DNA of 64,000 nt from Trichoplax adhaerens (taxonomy: Eukaryota; Animalia; Placozoa): positions 6,424,597 to 6,488,596 of the forward strand of contig NW_002060946.1 of assembly GCF_000150275.1 (NCBI RefSeq), given 5' to 3'. Below are positions 1 through 13,800 of this stretch, one piece after another; position 1 is the stretch's first letter; the number at the start of each line of letters is the position of its first letter. The notes below the pieces were generated by a model, which did no database searches, had not been told where the DNA came from, and saw only the letters and a program-made list of their open reading frames with translations. The translations under genes were made by a program, and so were the position numbers.

Positions 1-3000
1 GGCACGGTACTATAAATTTTGATATCTTACGATTACTTTTAAAGCCATACTTACATCCATTACGTTTTCGGTGTTAGATTCTATTCAAGTACGGGAAAAT
101 AATCAAAACGGAAAAGATTTATTTATCTTCAAAGCCAAATTTAAACATTAAACACGCGCATATAAAGGAATTCATTTCAAAAATCGTACTTACCGGAATG
201 ATCCGCAATGATAGCTGAATCGTCATCATCTTCTGAATCGCTATCTAGGCTAACATCATCATCACTATTTAGTTCTACTTTGCGACGGTGCCTCTGATCA
301 GATTCTGCACTACGGTCTCTATTATAACTATAAATATAGCATAAAATAATAATTTTGTGTGAGCCATATCCCTCAACTTTGTCGTAGATAAAAATATCTT
401 AAAATGTATTGATAATGCTAGAATGTTCACCTAAGCAAATTTTCGTAAGGAATAGGCTTGGCATCCTAAAGCATGAGTTTAAATTTCCATATAATTCAAT
501 TGCTTAAAATGCTTTGTAAATTATGCACAGGTTAGCCGTGCTAACAATAAATCAAATATGGAACTTACCTTGATAAGCGATATTTGACTCTTTGCCATTT
601 TTTCGTCAATTGTAGCCTTACTTTCAATAATAGCAGAAACTAATGGATTTTCAACTTGTAAACTGTTAACCTATCATTAATACGCGTGTAAAACTGTTTA
701 TTAGTATTATTCAGGAGAGGCATAATACTATCATACAATCCGATGTTAAAGAAAGAGCGTACAATATTTTCACCAATCGCTCTATTGTCAACCGCTTGCC
801 TGCTTCCTCCAAGGTCAATGTATACTGCATCCTGATATTAAATATGGTACAGATTAGGATAAACTAAATCATTTTATTCTAGGTTGAACAATCTATTTGG
901 AAGAAGATCTTGATTAAAAGTCGAAACTAACTTTATCGTAAACTATGCCACCAACTCCAGACATGGGAGCATAAATTAAACGTTCTTTCTCATTTAGGGT
1001 TCTTTTCTTTTCATTACTAGGTAAAGGACACGGGTCCGGCAAAGCGTATACATTCTTAATAGCAAAATCACCGCAACCTTGGAAAAGTTGGAAAGACTAT
1101 AACTTTAACTATTAATTTACTATAAAGCTATTTGCAAACATCGTACATTTACATGCATACCTGGTATATGGACATTATGTATTGATTTAAAGTTAGTACC
1201 ACGGATATAACCGTATAAACAAACATTACGATTACATTTCTTATCAGTTCGAATCAATTCAGGATAGGTAATATCCTCCAGCCTAGACGATTGATACAAA
1301 GAATAGCTTGTATACACTGTAGCTCTTTAATAACTAATTAGTATTAAATTTATGAAATGATGACAACTATTAACCTATCAGCGAAAACATAAGAATGACT
1401 AGAACGCCATTGCAACGGTCGGAATTTCGTCACGGATATAAATCTGCAAAGATTATGAATCTCGGTCTTGGGATATAAGTCATGCATTAATCCGGACAGA
1501 TAAAATAACTTTGCCCCCTAAGAAATATCGATCATAGTGAACAATACTGTGGATAACAACTTAATCTCTATCACACTTCTCATAGATGTTGTGCGTTGAT
1601 ATGTCTCGAAGTTAGTGATCAATTATAGGTAAGGACTAAAGTATTCAAAGGTGTGTAGTTTTACGAGTAACATAAAAATTCATACTTGATAGATTTCGGT
1701 CCAGAAGCGGTTCTTTAGTTTTTTCTTGGTTTGTCGTAATGCTTTTGTATTCTTTAGCATGTCTAAATGAGTCAAGACACCGATAACCTTGGGAAAACCA
1801 TGAATCTGGCAGATATTTAAGAACTCGAATGTTTCCATTTCGAATCCAAAGCTAGCGTCAATCAGTAGTAGTACCTAGTAAGCAGAAATTTTTCAGTTAC
1901 ATGCTGAATAAATTCTAAACTGATCTGGTAACTTTGTTGCAAATGTTTTATGGCATAAAAAGCGTACAAAACTGGCGTAGCAATATCCATATACTGAAAT
2001 CATTTAAAGATAAGCATTGACTTTGCTACATTGTCACTAGTGTGCTTTTACTGTGTGCAGAGCTAGAACAGGAAGTTAGTCATTTTCAATAGCAGTGAGA
2101 CGGCCGAGCTGATAACAATGTGAGTTTGATAGTATTTCATTCTAATGCAACTTGTAAAAGTATGTGTTATAACTATTTTACAATCAAATTATCAGCTAGT
2201 TGAGTCATTTATTTAATAATTCTGCCGTCAGAATATAGCCACGCTAAACGATTACAATTCTATTTCTTTCGTTGCAAATCGTAGATTGGGAAACGCATCA
2301 ATGCAAATGTGCATTATGCTCTCAATTATATAGCTGTCTTATTTTCTCATTCCAGTACTAGGCAATGCAACTGTAGTAAATTTATGCTATAAATTTGTAT
2401 GATAAACTCTACTGATCGATGGAATATTGGAAGTATAGCTTGATGTCATGTTGAAGAATCTGCATGACAGTTTCCTTTCAATATATGAGTATTTAGATGC
2501 AGCATACAAGGTCTGCACTTGTGCAGCCTATTTGTATATCATTTCGACCTAGTCTATCCCTCAGCTATAAAATCCGATTAAGTTTTTATTCATTCACAGG
2601 TCAACTTAATTTTGAGAGGGTTATACGAAATTAACACAGGTTATCACGATGCATCCAAGTTACTACAAGCTTACCAAATCGACAGTTTTAGCTACATCAA
2701 TCATCGAATTGATATCGTTGCCGCATTCAAATAAGGTTAATCTTCTTTTTTTACCTATTTAAAATGAACAGAAATGCCTTGAATTTATTTATGTACTCTA
2801 CTATCGAAATCCAGATAGCAATTAATAGTATTATCAAATGGATAACAACATTCAAAAATTGCAACTGCAGGGAATGGGTCGTCGTCGCTTAGCGACAGAG
2901 GAGCATGCCTATCAGATTATGACCAACCTGAAACAACAGTCACTGGTCCTTGAATATGTGAAACTTGCTGTCGGGTAAAATTTTTAACTAACGAATTTAG

Positions 3001-3291
3001 TAGCGTCGTTTTGCCCACTTTTGGAGGCCCTACAATAGCTACAATAATTGGTGGAGGCTCTAATGGAGCGCGATCCACCAACGGTTGGTGCATCTTCTTG
3101 GTCTCAATATCCAGCGTGCGCCGAGCAGATCGAGCTGCTTTAACCGCTGAATGGAAAGTAAACGCTTTAGGATTACGTTGAGCACTAGTCTCGTCATCAT
3201 GGCGTTGTTTCTGCTTCTTTTTATCTGCTTTTCGTCCTGAAGCTCGGCCTCGATGTAGTTTATTTTCTTGGATTTCTTCGCCGTCTCCCAT
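1..3291 (-). CDS. BMS1: Ribosome biogenesis GTPase BMS1, 5' portion (multi-exon; gene continues past the left edge)
   Basis: ATG at 3291. Exon 1 (3291-2928) encodes NPKAFTFHSAVKAARSARRTLD and the P-loop GPPKVGKT. Exon 2 (2754-2675) is GKKRRLTLFECGNDINSMIDVAKTVDL. Later exons give VLLLIDASFGFEMETFEFLNICQIHGFPKVIGVLTHLD (~1874-1687), GAKLFYLSG...FRPLQWRSSHSYVFADR (~1518-1376), CLYGYIRG, ERLIYAPMSGVGGIVYDK and an acidic exon at ~327-194. The GT-AG junctions checked are phase-compatible. Confidence 0.96.
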
Positions 3292-4831
3292 ATTGCAAAT
3301 CGCTTCCTCGAGGGGAGAGTGGAGTAATGAATTAACCGAGAAGAACTAGTGTGCAAGTGGTCGCTTGTATGAGAGTCTACATACTGATTCAGTACATCAG
3401 AATGCAGTCTGTTCGTATTGTCGTTTTCCTGTTGTGAGGATACTTGTGGAACAAGCAACAGTTTAGCGTGACAGCAAACTATTGCGATTGTATTACAATG
3501 ATTTCTATAGAAATATACTTGAACGCAATTATTCTATAATCTAGTATGACCGAAGAGAGATGTACGATACCATATCGATTTGCTCTATCCAGCATATCAA
3601 GCACTGTACTATCAAAATTCGGATGGCTTGCTGCTGCTGCGTACTGCATCCGTGTGCAAAATAGATTGTCACCCTCTTGACCTTTTCGTCCTATACTATC
3701 AAGCTAAACAGCTGAAAAGATATGACAACTAATTTACACACAATCCCTTCAGGACGGATAGTACAGCGAGCGATTGCAGCTAGTAGCGCTTTCTATCTGT
3801 CTGAAGACAAAGTTTCCAATATGCAATCTTGCTCAATTTTGCAGCTTCTTGTCTCTTCCAGTGCGATAATTTTAATGATGGAGAAGTATACGGAAATATA
3901 AAAAAATAGACAGACTGAGTACAAGGATCATGGTTATTACTATCATGTCCTCTGCTAAAATTGGGTCTAAATTGAGGCAGGTGGACACTTGTTGAGCTTC
4001 ATGGAAGGCTCAAGTTATACTGCGTATTTTCTCCTAGTATTATGTTGTACTGTAGTTAGGTGAGATTGTCCCAGTATCACGGCAGCAATCTCGGAGGTCA
4101 TGGCATAATGGCCGTAGGAGCTCTTAATTTATCGATTAGGCATTTCTTATACTCCCATCTAATTGGATTAATCAACTTCCATCAACCTTAAGAGAAGCAA
4201 TGATGAACACTTTAAATTTGCAATTCTATTTCTTCAAGATCTTGATAACAATGCAGTTGTTAGCTACGGTAGTTGTACCAAGACTAGGAGTTAAATAAGC
4301 ATAAGATTTTTTTGAAGAACGATTAAAAAGCAACGATGCACACCAATAGCATAAGATATAAATTTTAATGTTTATTTGTACTTGAATCCCTATATTTGAG
4401 TATTAGGTAGCTGATATTAAGGGCACTACAAGCGCTGCCAATCACAATTTCCTCAAATTATGCATATGTAAAGGTGCACAGATATGCTTTTAATTGCTAA
4501 TAAACAGTTATGGAACTCCAGTAGGAAAAACATAATTTCAATATACCTTTAAGAATACTGTAATCTACATAATATTGAATGATGATACAATTTTATTAAG
4601 TATAAGTGTATAGTAATCAATAGTGGTAGGTCGGTTAACAAATCAGGATCGACATTTAGTAGTGAATTGTTTAAGTATACATGTCTGCTGCTGTATGATT
4701 CAATAATAGTCAATAACCAACTCTCGCATGAGTATTAGCAATTAGCTAATATAGTAGTTTTCTCAGGATTGTGAAAAATCGAGTCATTATTCTTCAAAAT
4801 CTCAGCGTAGCACAATCCATCCATGGGAGAT

Positions 4832-7800
4832 TCATTTATCGCTACCTGATTCATCATCAGCATCACTAGAATCCTCCTACAATGATAAATTTTTAAAAAT
4901 CAATTAAGCAGTACCTTGATGTGTTATAGTGCATAGTAAATTCAGAATAATTTACTATAAAAGTAATGATAAAAATAATTAATTAAGTGGTTTTCCTAAG
5001 AAAGTATTTTAATTATTCGATTATTTCTATCTTGTTCCTTACATTAAATTAACAAGCAAGTAGATACTACATTATCAAATCAAAGGTATTTTGAAAATAC
5101 AGTCGATGATGAACTCGCTGCTTTCTCAAATTCCTTTTATTCTTTACCTCATCGTCACTAGTCTCTTCATCAGAGTTATTCGGCGATTCCTCGCCATCGG
5201 CAACTGACGATTCATCATCAACTTCATCAGTATCAGATAAGATTTCTTGACCCTAAATATAAAATGACAAAATTTTTTATATAAATAACACAATATAATG
5301 TTAACTGATCCTGTTCCGCTATCTATAAGTTCTTTCTAACCTGAATATCCCTATTTTTTAGGTTTCCAACCCAAAATGCTTCATGGCAATTATTAACAGT
5401 TAACATTATCTATACCGTATATCCATTTACGTGAATATAAATGAAATGCAATAAAAGTATGGTATTAATCATAGCAACTTGGCTATTGGATGAGAAAATG
5501 AAGGCATAAATATACCTTGACCCTGTAGACAAATATCTCCAACTTCTTCTTTAGTAAGGGCACAAATTTAGTAACGGCGCCAACCCTTGTATTCTATATA
5601 GCAAACAAGGCATGCTATTATGCGTATGTTATAGATCAATACTGCTGCACTCTAAACTTTTATTTCACGAATATTACCTTAGAGTGACCGCATACATGAT
5701 GTAAGTAGCGTGTACTCTGTTGAATCGCTTTTAATATAGACAATATAATATCCTATACCATGTTCAAATTAAGATTTAATAGGAAATCGTGTTATTCCAT
5801 AGCTACGATCATAAGCCAAGAAACTATAATATAAACCTTATGTGCTCTGAATAGTTTATCTAATGCTGGCATTGCATAACGGAGAAACACATCGATAAAG
5901 CCATGACTACCCTGTAAGGTCAGAAATTTATGCCTTTTTATTACATTATTCTAGTGCATCGTACCCAAATTACAGTAATAAGTGCCATAGATCTATTAAC
6001 ATTAATTAATTAATTATTTAATACTGCCGGCACTGTTATATTTGTATTAATACAAACCTTGATGACCGATAGCAAAACTGGACGTTTGCCCAGAACCTTT
6101 TTAAAAGTAAGATAAAATGGACCATTATTGATATTATTTACAGTTTATCATATTTTCTAACCTTTTTTCCAATCTGACAATCTTAACTTAGTCAAGCATA
6201 GAGGCCTAAGCGAATAGCTTTTTTAGGAACATACTCATACCTTCACCAGATTGACCATAGAATAAAGAAGGTTACAATGCGATTGTAGTTGGAGCAATTT
6301 GTTTAATTCGTCCTAGTCACCGATAATACATTTTATTAATAATGCAAAATACTATCGAATTGACGAATTTCCATAAACATATCGTAAATTTTATTGGTAC
6401 CCCACGCCAAGCACTACCATCCATAACTAATCTCTTCAACGACTCAACCAAGAATTCAAGCAGTACTTGATAGTATATCGAAAATGTGGATCTGCAATGA
6501 AAAGAACCTTCACATTATGACCTTTAGATTGATTCAAGACACACTCAGTATATGCAAGAAAAAAAGTAAACACATACCTCGTCAAGGTGGAAAAAGGTTT
6601 CTCTTTAATTTTCTTAACGGATTCAGGTAAATTCTCATTTGTAATTTCTTCCAACGTAGATAAGGGTTCCTTTAACGCCTGCAGATGCAGTCTGATTGGA
6701 AAATTAATAACAGGATTATGAAGAACGATTTCGTATTGTATCCGATAATTCTCTATAATTTCACTTCCAATGTACGCGTACAACTTCGCTTAAACAACAG
6801 TATTACAACGAAATCAAATCGAAAAAATTCATAAAATATAATGTATATTTGGATTATGAAAAATTGATAGTCTAAAGAAAGATCAAGAACATCAACAGAG
6901 TAGCATCAATTTCGAAATTTACGAGCATTACCTAAGTAAGTATGCAATTTGTTTTTTATAAACAGATTTCGCAAATTTAGAACTGTCAGGCCAATCTCTT
7001 TTCAAATGCTGCATGATAATAGTAGCTACATAAATAAGATCGTGATATTAGCTTAATAGAGAATGATATTATTTAGGAATTCCTAATGAACAGATGCTAA
7101 TCTTGCCTTTACTCACCTAATTCAAGATTGAATACTTTGTCATTACTAATTACATTTATGGCTTGCAAAAGACGAATAAACTTTGTCGCGCACATAAAAC
7201 TTGGGAGTGATGGTAGAAATTTTTCCAAATATCTAAAACATTTCCTGTTATTTACAAAAAAGTAATTACATTGCATATACAAATAACAAAAAATCAAAGA
7301 TCTAGTGGATTGTAAGGTAGCATCATACCAATTATGGATAAAGTTTGATAAGTTCAAACAGACTAATAGTAGAAATGTTGTCGATTATTTAAATTGGCAA
7401 AACTAATATAACTTACCCTACAATGTCATTTATCGGCGTATCTTTGTTGATTGTATTTGTTCTAGAAGCAATGCATGTCAACGCATCTCGTTTCATCTGT
7501 TGATTTTCAGCTTGACTAAGTACGCTCCTAATAATGGAATAAAGTTAACGTACTAATTTAAGATTTGATTCAAGTAGCTTCTATAACCGTTAATACAGTA
7601 ATTGACTTTATTCCATTACCATTCAAGAAATAAGACCAAACAAGTAATTAAATATGAATAACTAGATACAATGTGTATATTGACGGCATCATCTAGTATG
7701 ATGGATTCCGTATCAGATGCTCCATCAGTTTCTTTGTCTTCTTCATTCTGTAATAATAATTTTAAAATCAAACATGTAAAATGCAATTCGCATGATTAAT

Positions 7801-10800
7801 ATCGTTAGTCACAAGTTAATCTCGTAAATTAGTTTAAAAGAGTTATGAATTCCTCTAGGCTATAACTAAAATATCTACACTAATCACTAATACGCAATTT
7901 ACCAGTAGGCTAGCGTGAATAGCTTCTAAATTTTGGCATATAATAGGGATCAGCTGAACAAAAAATTTTCCAACTTCGACGGGCTTCCATCTTGAAAACA
8001 GCCTCATTGTTTGACGGTCAATCTACGTGCACAAATCATAAGTAAGGTATTAATAATAAAAATAAGAATAGATTTGCTGAAAAGCATAACTTTTATATCG
8101 AAATATTGGAATCAGATGGAACCTTTTTTGATTCTGGAATTAAGGAATATATTTTAAATTTGACAGACAGCTTGATACATAAATCTTGTAAAAGGAGTTC
8201 TAGCTGAGCTGGTTGTATATCAATCACAGTGACGCTCTATAAATACCAGATTAAATTTAGTATGGCATCAGAATTAGCAAATAGTCTTTATCAATTAAGA
8301 CTGTTTTTACTCACATAAAATAATTTTGATGCAATTGAACTAATTGCTATTTACGCAGTAAAACTTACTTCGGTATTTAACCCTGAGTCTAAAATTGAGC
8401 ACGTAACTTTTCCACACGATAAAATGTTAAAAACATCCATGCTAAGCTCCCTACCATTAGCGAAATTTCAGAATATAGATGGTTAAATTCTATCTAGCTA
8501 GTCGTACAGCAACTGAAGGCATTGTATTTGTTCGATTGGCAATCGACCAAAAAATGAAAGGAAATGCAATTTTTTCGTACCTTAAATAACATCTATTTAA
8601 TGTAACCGTAACTTTATCCTTAGTGGCAGCTTTCTTGAGATCCTGAGTCATAGACTTTTCAAAAACAGTCATTGAAAGGCTAAGTAAATCATTGAGAGTT
8701 GCATACCAAAAACTAGATTATTGCATACGAGTATAATCGGAGTATACGGAAATAGACTTACAATATTTTCCTTTTCTTTGCCTTCTTTCTTTCTACAATT
8801 AGAAAAAGTGAAAATTAAGTCACAATAAAAGAATTTAAAACTTAAGTACACCTTCGCAGCCATCAAGGTATTATAATGCCGTAAGGCAAGGCAGGCAACC
8901 AACAAATCTAACGAATGTAATGTAAGATTTATTTTCATTTTACCTAGCTATTTGTAGCTTAAGTGGTTTTTCGACATCAAGTAATTTCTTAAACGCACAG
9001 AAATCAAGTTTCTTTATAACTGGTACACACGATGGGCAATCTACAAAGTAAATAATACATCCAAGTATGACTAAAATGCCTAGCAAGCAAATGTTTAAAA
9101 TGAATTTTATATTAACAACATCGAACATCACAAAATTACATTATTCTTTACCATTTAAGAGATTAATCAAATCAGTTTCGAGCTCAGTCATGCCTTTAAT
9201 TCGAGATAAAATTTTCCCTTTCACTTCGGCATCGTCGTAGGAAGCAAAAGCTCCTATTACCTACCATATGAAATATTAAACAGAATGCTAATGAACAACA
9301 TGCTGAATACTATTAGGGACTTTTTAGTAGTTCAAGATATTATTACATCTTAGTCACCATCAATAAGCTAAGTAAATAGAATGAAAAGTATTACGCTGGC
9401 TTACTTCTCTGAACCAGTTTAAGCAATAAATAAGAGAAATACATATTGCAATTTGCAGTTCCGTTTCCAAAGTTGAAAACGTTTCTATCTTATTGCTATC
9501 AGCCAAAATTATAGGACATCCTTATTTCCAATATTAAAATAAATTAGGCAGTTTAATATTCCGTTATGAAAAGTAAATTGACTATTTAATGTACAAGTTA
9601 CTTTTACGATACGCAAGAGCTATACAATTGGCTTACCTAAAAGAGCATCAATTTCGTCGAGGTTTCCTCGCTGATATTTTTCACAAATCCATAATAAATG
9701 GAATTGAGATGCAAAACTTGCAAATGATGTCGATATGCTAATAAAACAATTATAAATAAGCTATCTTTATTAAAACTTATTGCTGAAATTAAACTTAATA
9801 TTGCAATATCCAGTTTAATTACTTTTCACTAAAACTTCCTCCTTTTAACTCAGATACCAATTTCGGTAACAAATTAACCGCAATACTACTATCTTCAGGG
9901 TTGTCTAGTCCATATTTTAAACATGTCGGTAATTCATCGCTGACAGAATCAGAAAACTACAATTATTCAACCGGCTAGAAATATTCTCAAGTAATTCACT
10001 CTAAATTCAATTAAATGTACAAATAGCTGCCTGTAATTACCAGGTAGGTAATTCATTCAAATCGACCAGGTAACTTTCTTGAAATGTTGTAACGATCAAT
10101 TCATTAATCCATGTCTGTAAAGACATAAAATACGATTCTTTACATAAATAACTTGAAGGTGACTAAACTCATAGCTACAATGACGACTATGCAGATTTTT
10201 TTTTAAATTGTGAGCTTATGGTCTCCTAACCAACGATCAAGATATACAAAGTTAATAAAATTATAATTAAACGTAATTACTTTAACTTTTATACTAATAT
10301 TGTCGCTGGTAATAATGCCTGCAAGTTCGTCATATAATAAAGCTGCTACTTCAGGAATGCCGTCGCAACTTTTATATAATAGTTCAAGTAATTCTGTTGC
10401 CTATTTTAGAAATAATAGCTTCATTAGAAAGATCAGCCAGAATGCAACGGGTGCCCGATCCGCCATTTAAATATGCAAACATCGGATTAGCATTACACAG
10501 GACCATTGAAGGCAAAGCTTTTCAAATTTATATTTTGTATACCTGACTTAGTGCACTTTCATTACCAGCTAGGCCATTGCTGCTACTGTTTTCAGTTTGA
10601 TCTTTACTATAGATAACGAATGAATAAATGCAATAAGTCAATAAATATTAGAAAGTAAACCACAGTAATTTCAACCTAAACTTCATCTCCAAATACTGTC
10701 GTACTTAGAATTCTGCGATGCAAGACATGAAACTGCTGTTGTTCCGCCAGTAACTCCCATCAGCCGGTAACTATGATAATATCATCAACATCAAAGGAAT

Positions 10801-13800
10801 AAATACTACTACGATATGAATTAAAATCAATAAAAACCTCTATAACAAATTTTGGTAAAGTTAACGCTGGAATCTATGCTCATGCTTACTTTATTTTACT
10901 GTGCGTTAACTGTTTACGAAGTATAATGTGTATATCATCCTAGAATGACAAATAAACGTAGCATTTAAAAAATTTACAATTAGCTTTGTCCATTTAAATA
11001 CCTGCATGAAAAACAAAAGTAACTTTAGAGTTAAAAAAATGAAACGTTCAAGCGCAGTCACAATAAAAAGAAATTTCATGAAACCAGAATACTATTAAGT
11101 AATTTGTAGAATAAGTTTTCAGCAACTTCTTGTAACCTGAATGGAATCGTTACAATTTTCAGAGAAAGCGATTCGGCAAAGCACAAAATACAATGCCCTA
11201 ATTTGAGAATCCGTTAATAAATGTATAAATTCCATAACACCCTATTGTCAATTAAATTTGGGTCAGTATTACTAGTAACGAGTTTTAATTACGACTAAAA
11301 CTATATCATCTGATGATCTAATATTCACTAACCAGAATGAGCACTGAGAATGCCTTTAATGATTGTAGATTTTCTACTGCAAGTTGTCTTAAAACGTTTA
11401 ATGCAGAATCAGCTTCATATTCGATTCCACTGCCAATGTGCGTTAGTAAACAACCAATAACTTCCTGCGATAAAAGATTTTAATTGCAACGCTTGAATAA
11501 ATCTTATTGTGTACTGTTCACCCTCACCAAGTATAAACGTAATTGAGGTAAAAGGTAATTTTTAACATAATTAATGGATTTAAATTAACCTGCTGGTAGC
11601 TCGTATTATTCATAGAGAATATTAAAATATAGAAGTGACAGCCCAAATCCCTTATAACATCTTGAGATGATTGAGAAAGGGTGTCGGCAATGGACAATAT
11701 ACTTCTTAAATAGCGAGGTATCATCTATTCATGTACAGAAACATCAAAATAAATATATGCATTGCAATAACCCATATATTGTATCCAAAAAGAATCATCA
11801 TACGTAGAGAAAAATGCATACCTGATAGTAGTCTTTGAAGCACAAAGAAAGGAGACTTGTAATAAATTTGTAATGTTTAGACTTCTTTTTAAATACTTTG
11901 ATGATAGATCGATGATAATTGGGCAGTGAATGAGCAATAAATAGGACGAAGATATCGGTAAGCTATTAAAGAAGTTTTTTTAATTGTTAAGATTAATTAA
12001 TTTTACTTTTCATCAAATTTTCTGCATATGTGAATTATAATGAGAACATATTGCTGATAACTAACATGTAGATCGGTTGTTGCAATCAAGGAATCAATAA
12101 CCTACATAGCCAAAGAATTTCGAAATCATATTAAAAAATATGGTCCTTCCGGAATACACCGCTATTCGATTGATTTTCTATTTTAAAATGTCTAAAAATT
12201 ATAATACCTTAATCCAACCATCGGCAATAGATTTCTTAAAACGAATAGTAGTTTCTAGCACTTCTAGTAGATTTTCAGCACATGAATTAATAGCATCACT
12301 AAATGCAAAAATATTAGCAACATCATTTAATTAAATAAAAAAGGTAGTAAAAACTGTATAATATAGGTTTGCATATGAGATCTGCACAACATCAACGCTT
12401 AGATCTAAATGCTGTACAATGACATAATCAAATATCATGAATGAAGTTATTAAGCAAGTAACGAACTGTAACATCCGTCATTGCTATCACATAAAACACA
12501 GAAAAAGTTTTTAAGTTTTATTGTAATATATGATGTGTCTAGCGAAGACTACATAATGCGCTAAATAGAATATCTGAAATATAAAATTACTATTTTAACA
12601 TCCTAAACAATCGAACCTTCGAAATGCACTATACTTAATATTTAGAATAAGTATTAGTTGGAGCTATTCGTTATAATGTACTATTAACGTATAGCTAAAA
12701 TTAAAACTTTCAGTAGCAAAAATTTACGTGTAGTTTTACTGTTTATTCTAATGTTGATTAGGGTCATAAAAATTAGCATCCAGTATTTGGCTGCATATAT
12801 TTAGACTAGCTAGTAAGATAAACCGATAACTGTATCCCAAATTTATAATGTTCCCAGCTGAATATGCATTACTTTTATATCATATAATTTATTTGATTTC
12901 TACATTTAAACAATGTAAACTGTTAATGTTCAATATGATTATCGCATCAATGTAATTAGAGATTTCTACAGCACTTATATCTGTGCTCATATCTTCAATT
13001 AGTCTCAAGTTTAACGAACCCTTTAATGTCTGTCGTTAATAACAACGACCGATTAGGCAAATTGATATGGTTATGCAATTTCAAAATAATCTAAAAAGAA
13101 ACAAATAAAGAATACGAGCAGCTATCAATTAATTATAGAGCATAATGTACCACTAAGAGATTTAAAGATAGTTTTTAATAGTGTCATATAATTTCATAGG
13201 TACATGAAAAGTTAAGATTATAGTGAGCGAGTTACTCCAATGTAAAATCACATCAAATATTAAACAGATTGCACTTTATCAAGGGTTTATATTGAATACC
13301 TCAACTGCAGCGGCAGTATTATTAGAAACGCTTTGCAGAATAAACCGGAGTACGTCTGGTAAGTCTTCAAAATTGAAAGATCGTAACCCCTTGGCTAACG
13401 ATTCTCGAATCTGAATTATAGATTCAATTAGATACTGTTAAAGAGCTTACAAGTATAGTACGATATAAGATAAGATGTAATAAAAACAAAATATACGAAC
13501 TTCAGTCTCCATTTGAGAGTGTATATTCAAATTGGCTAAGGCTGCAATGATGGATCCAATTAGATGTACATTACAATCTTGAAATTGTCTAGAGACGAAG
13601 AATAAATGACAGTTGTTTAAAATATTTAAATAAATTAATTGCGTTCACGGTGATACAAAGCTATTGATTGACCACAACAAAATTATAAACAAGGAATAAT
13701 TTGTGGTCATCCATTCAGAACAAAATTATTATTTCAATCATATTGTTGATATTTAATTTAGAGATAAATATTACCTTAACAGTTTTCCAATTTGCTCATG

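Noticed and set aside
3060-3458. 132-aa ORF overlapping BMS1 exon 1
   Set aside because: It is an alternative frame with a non-ATG start over a real exon and promoter, with no recognisable motif.
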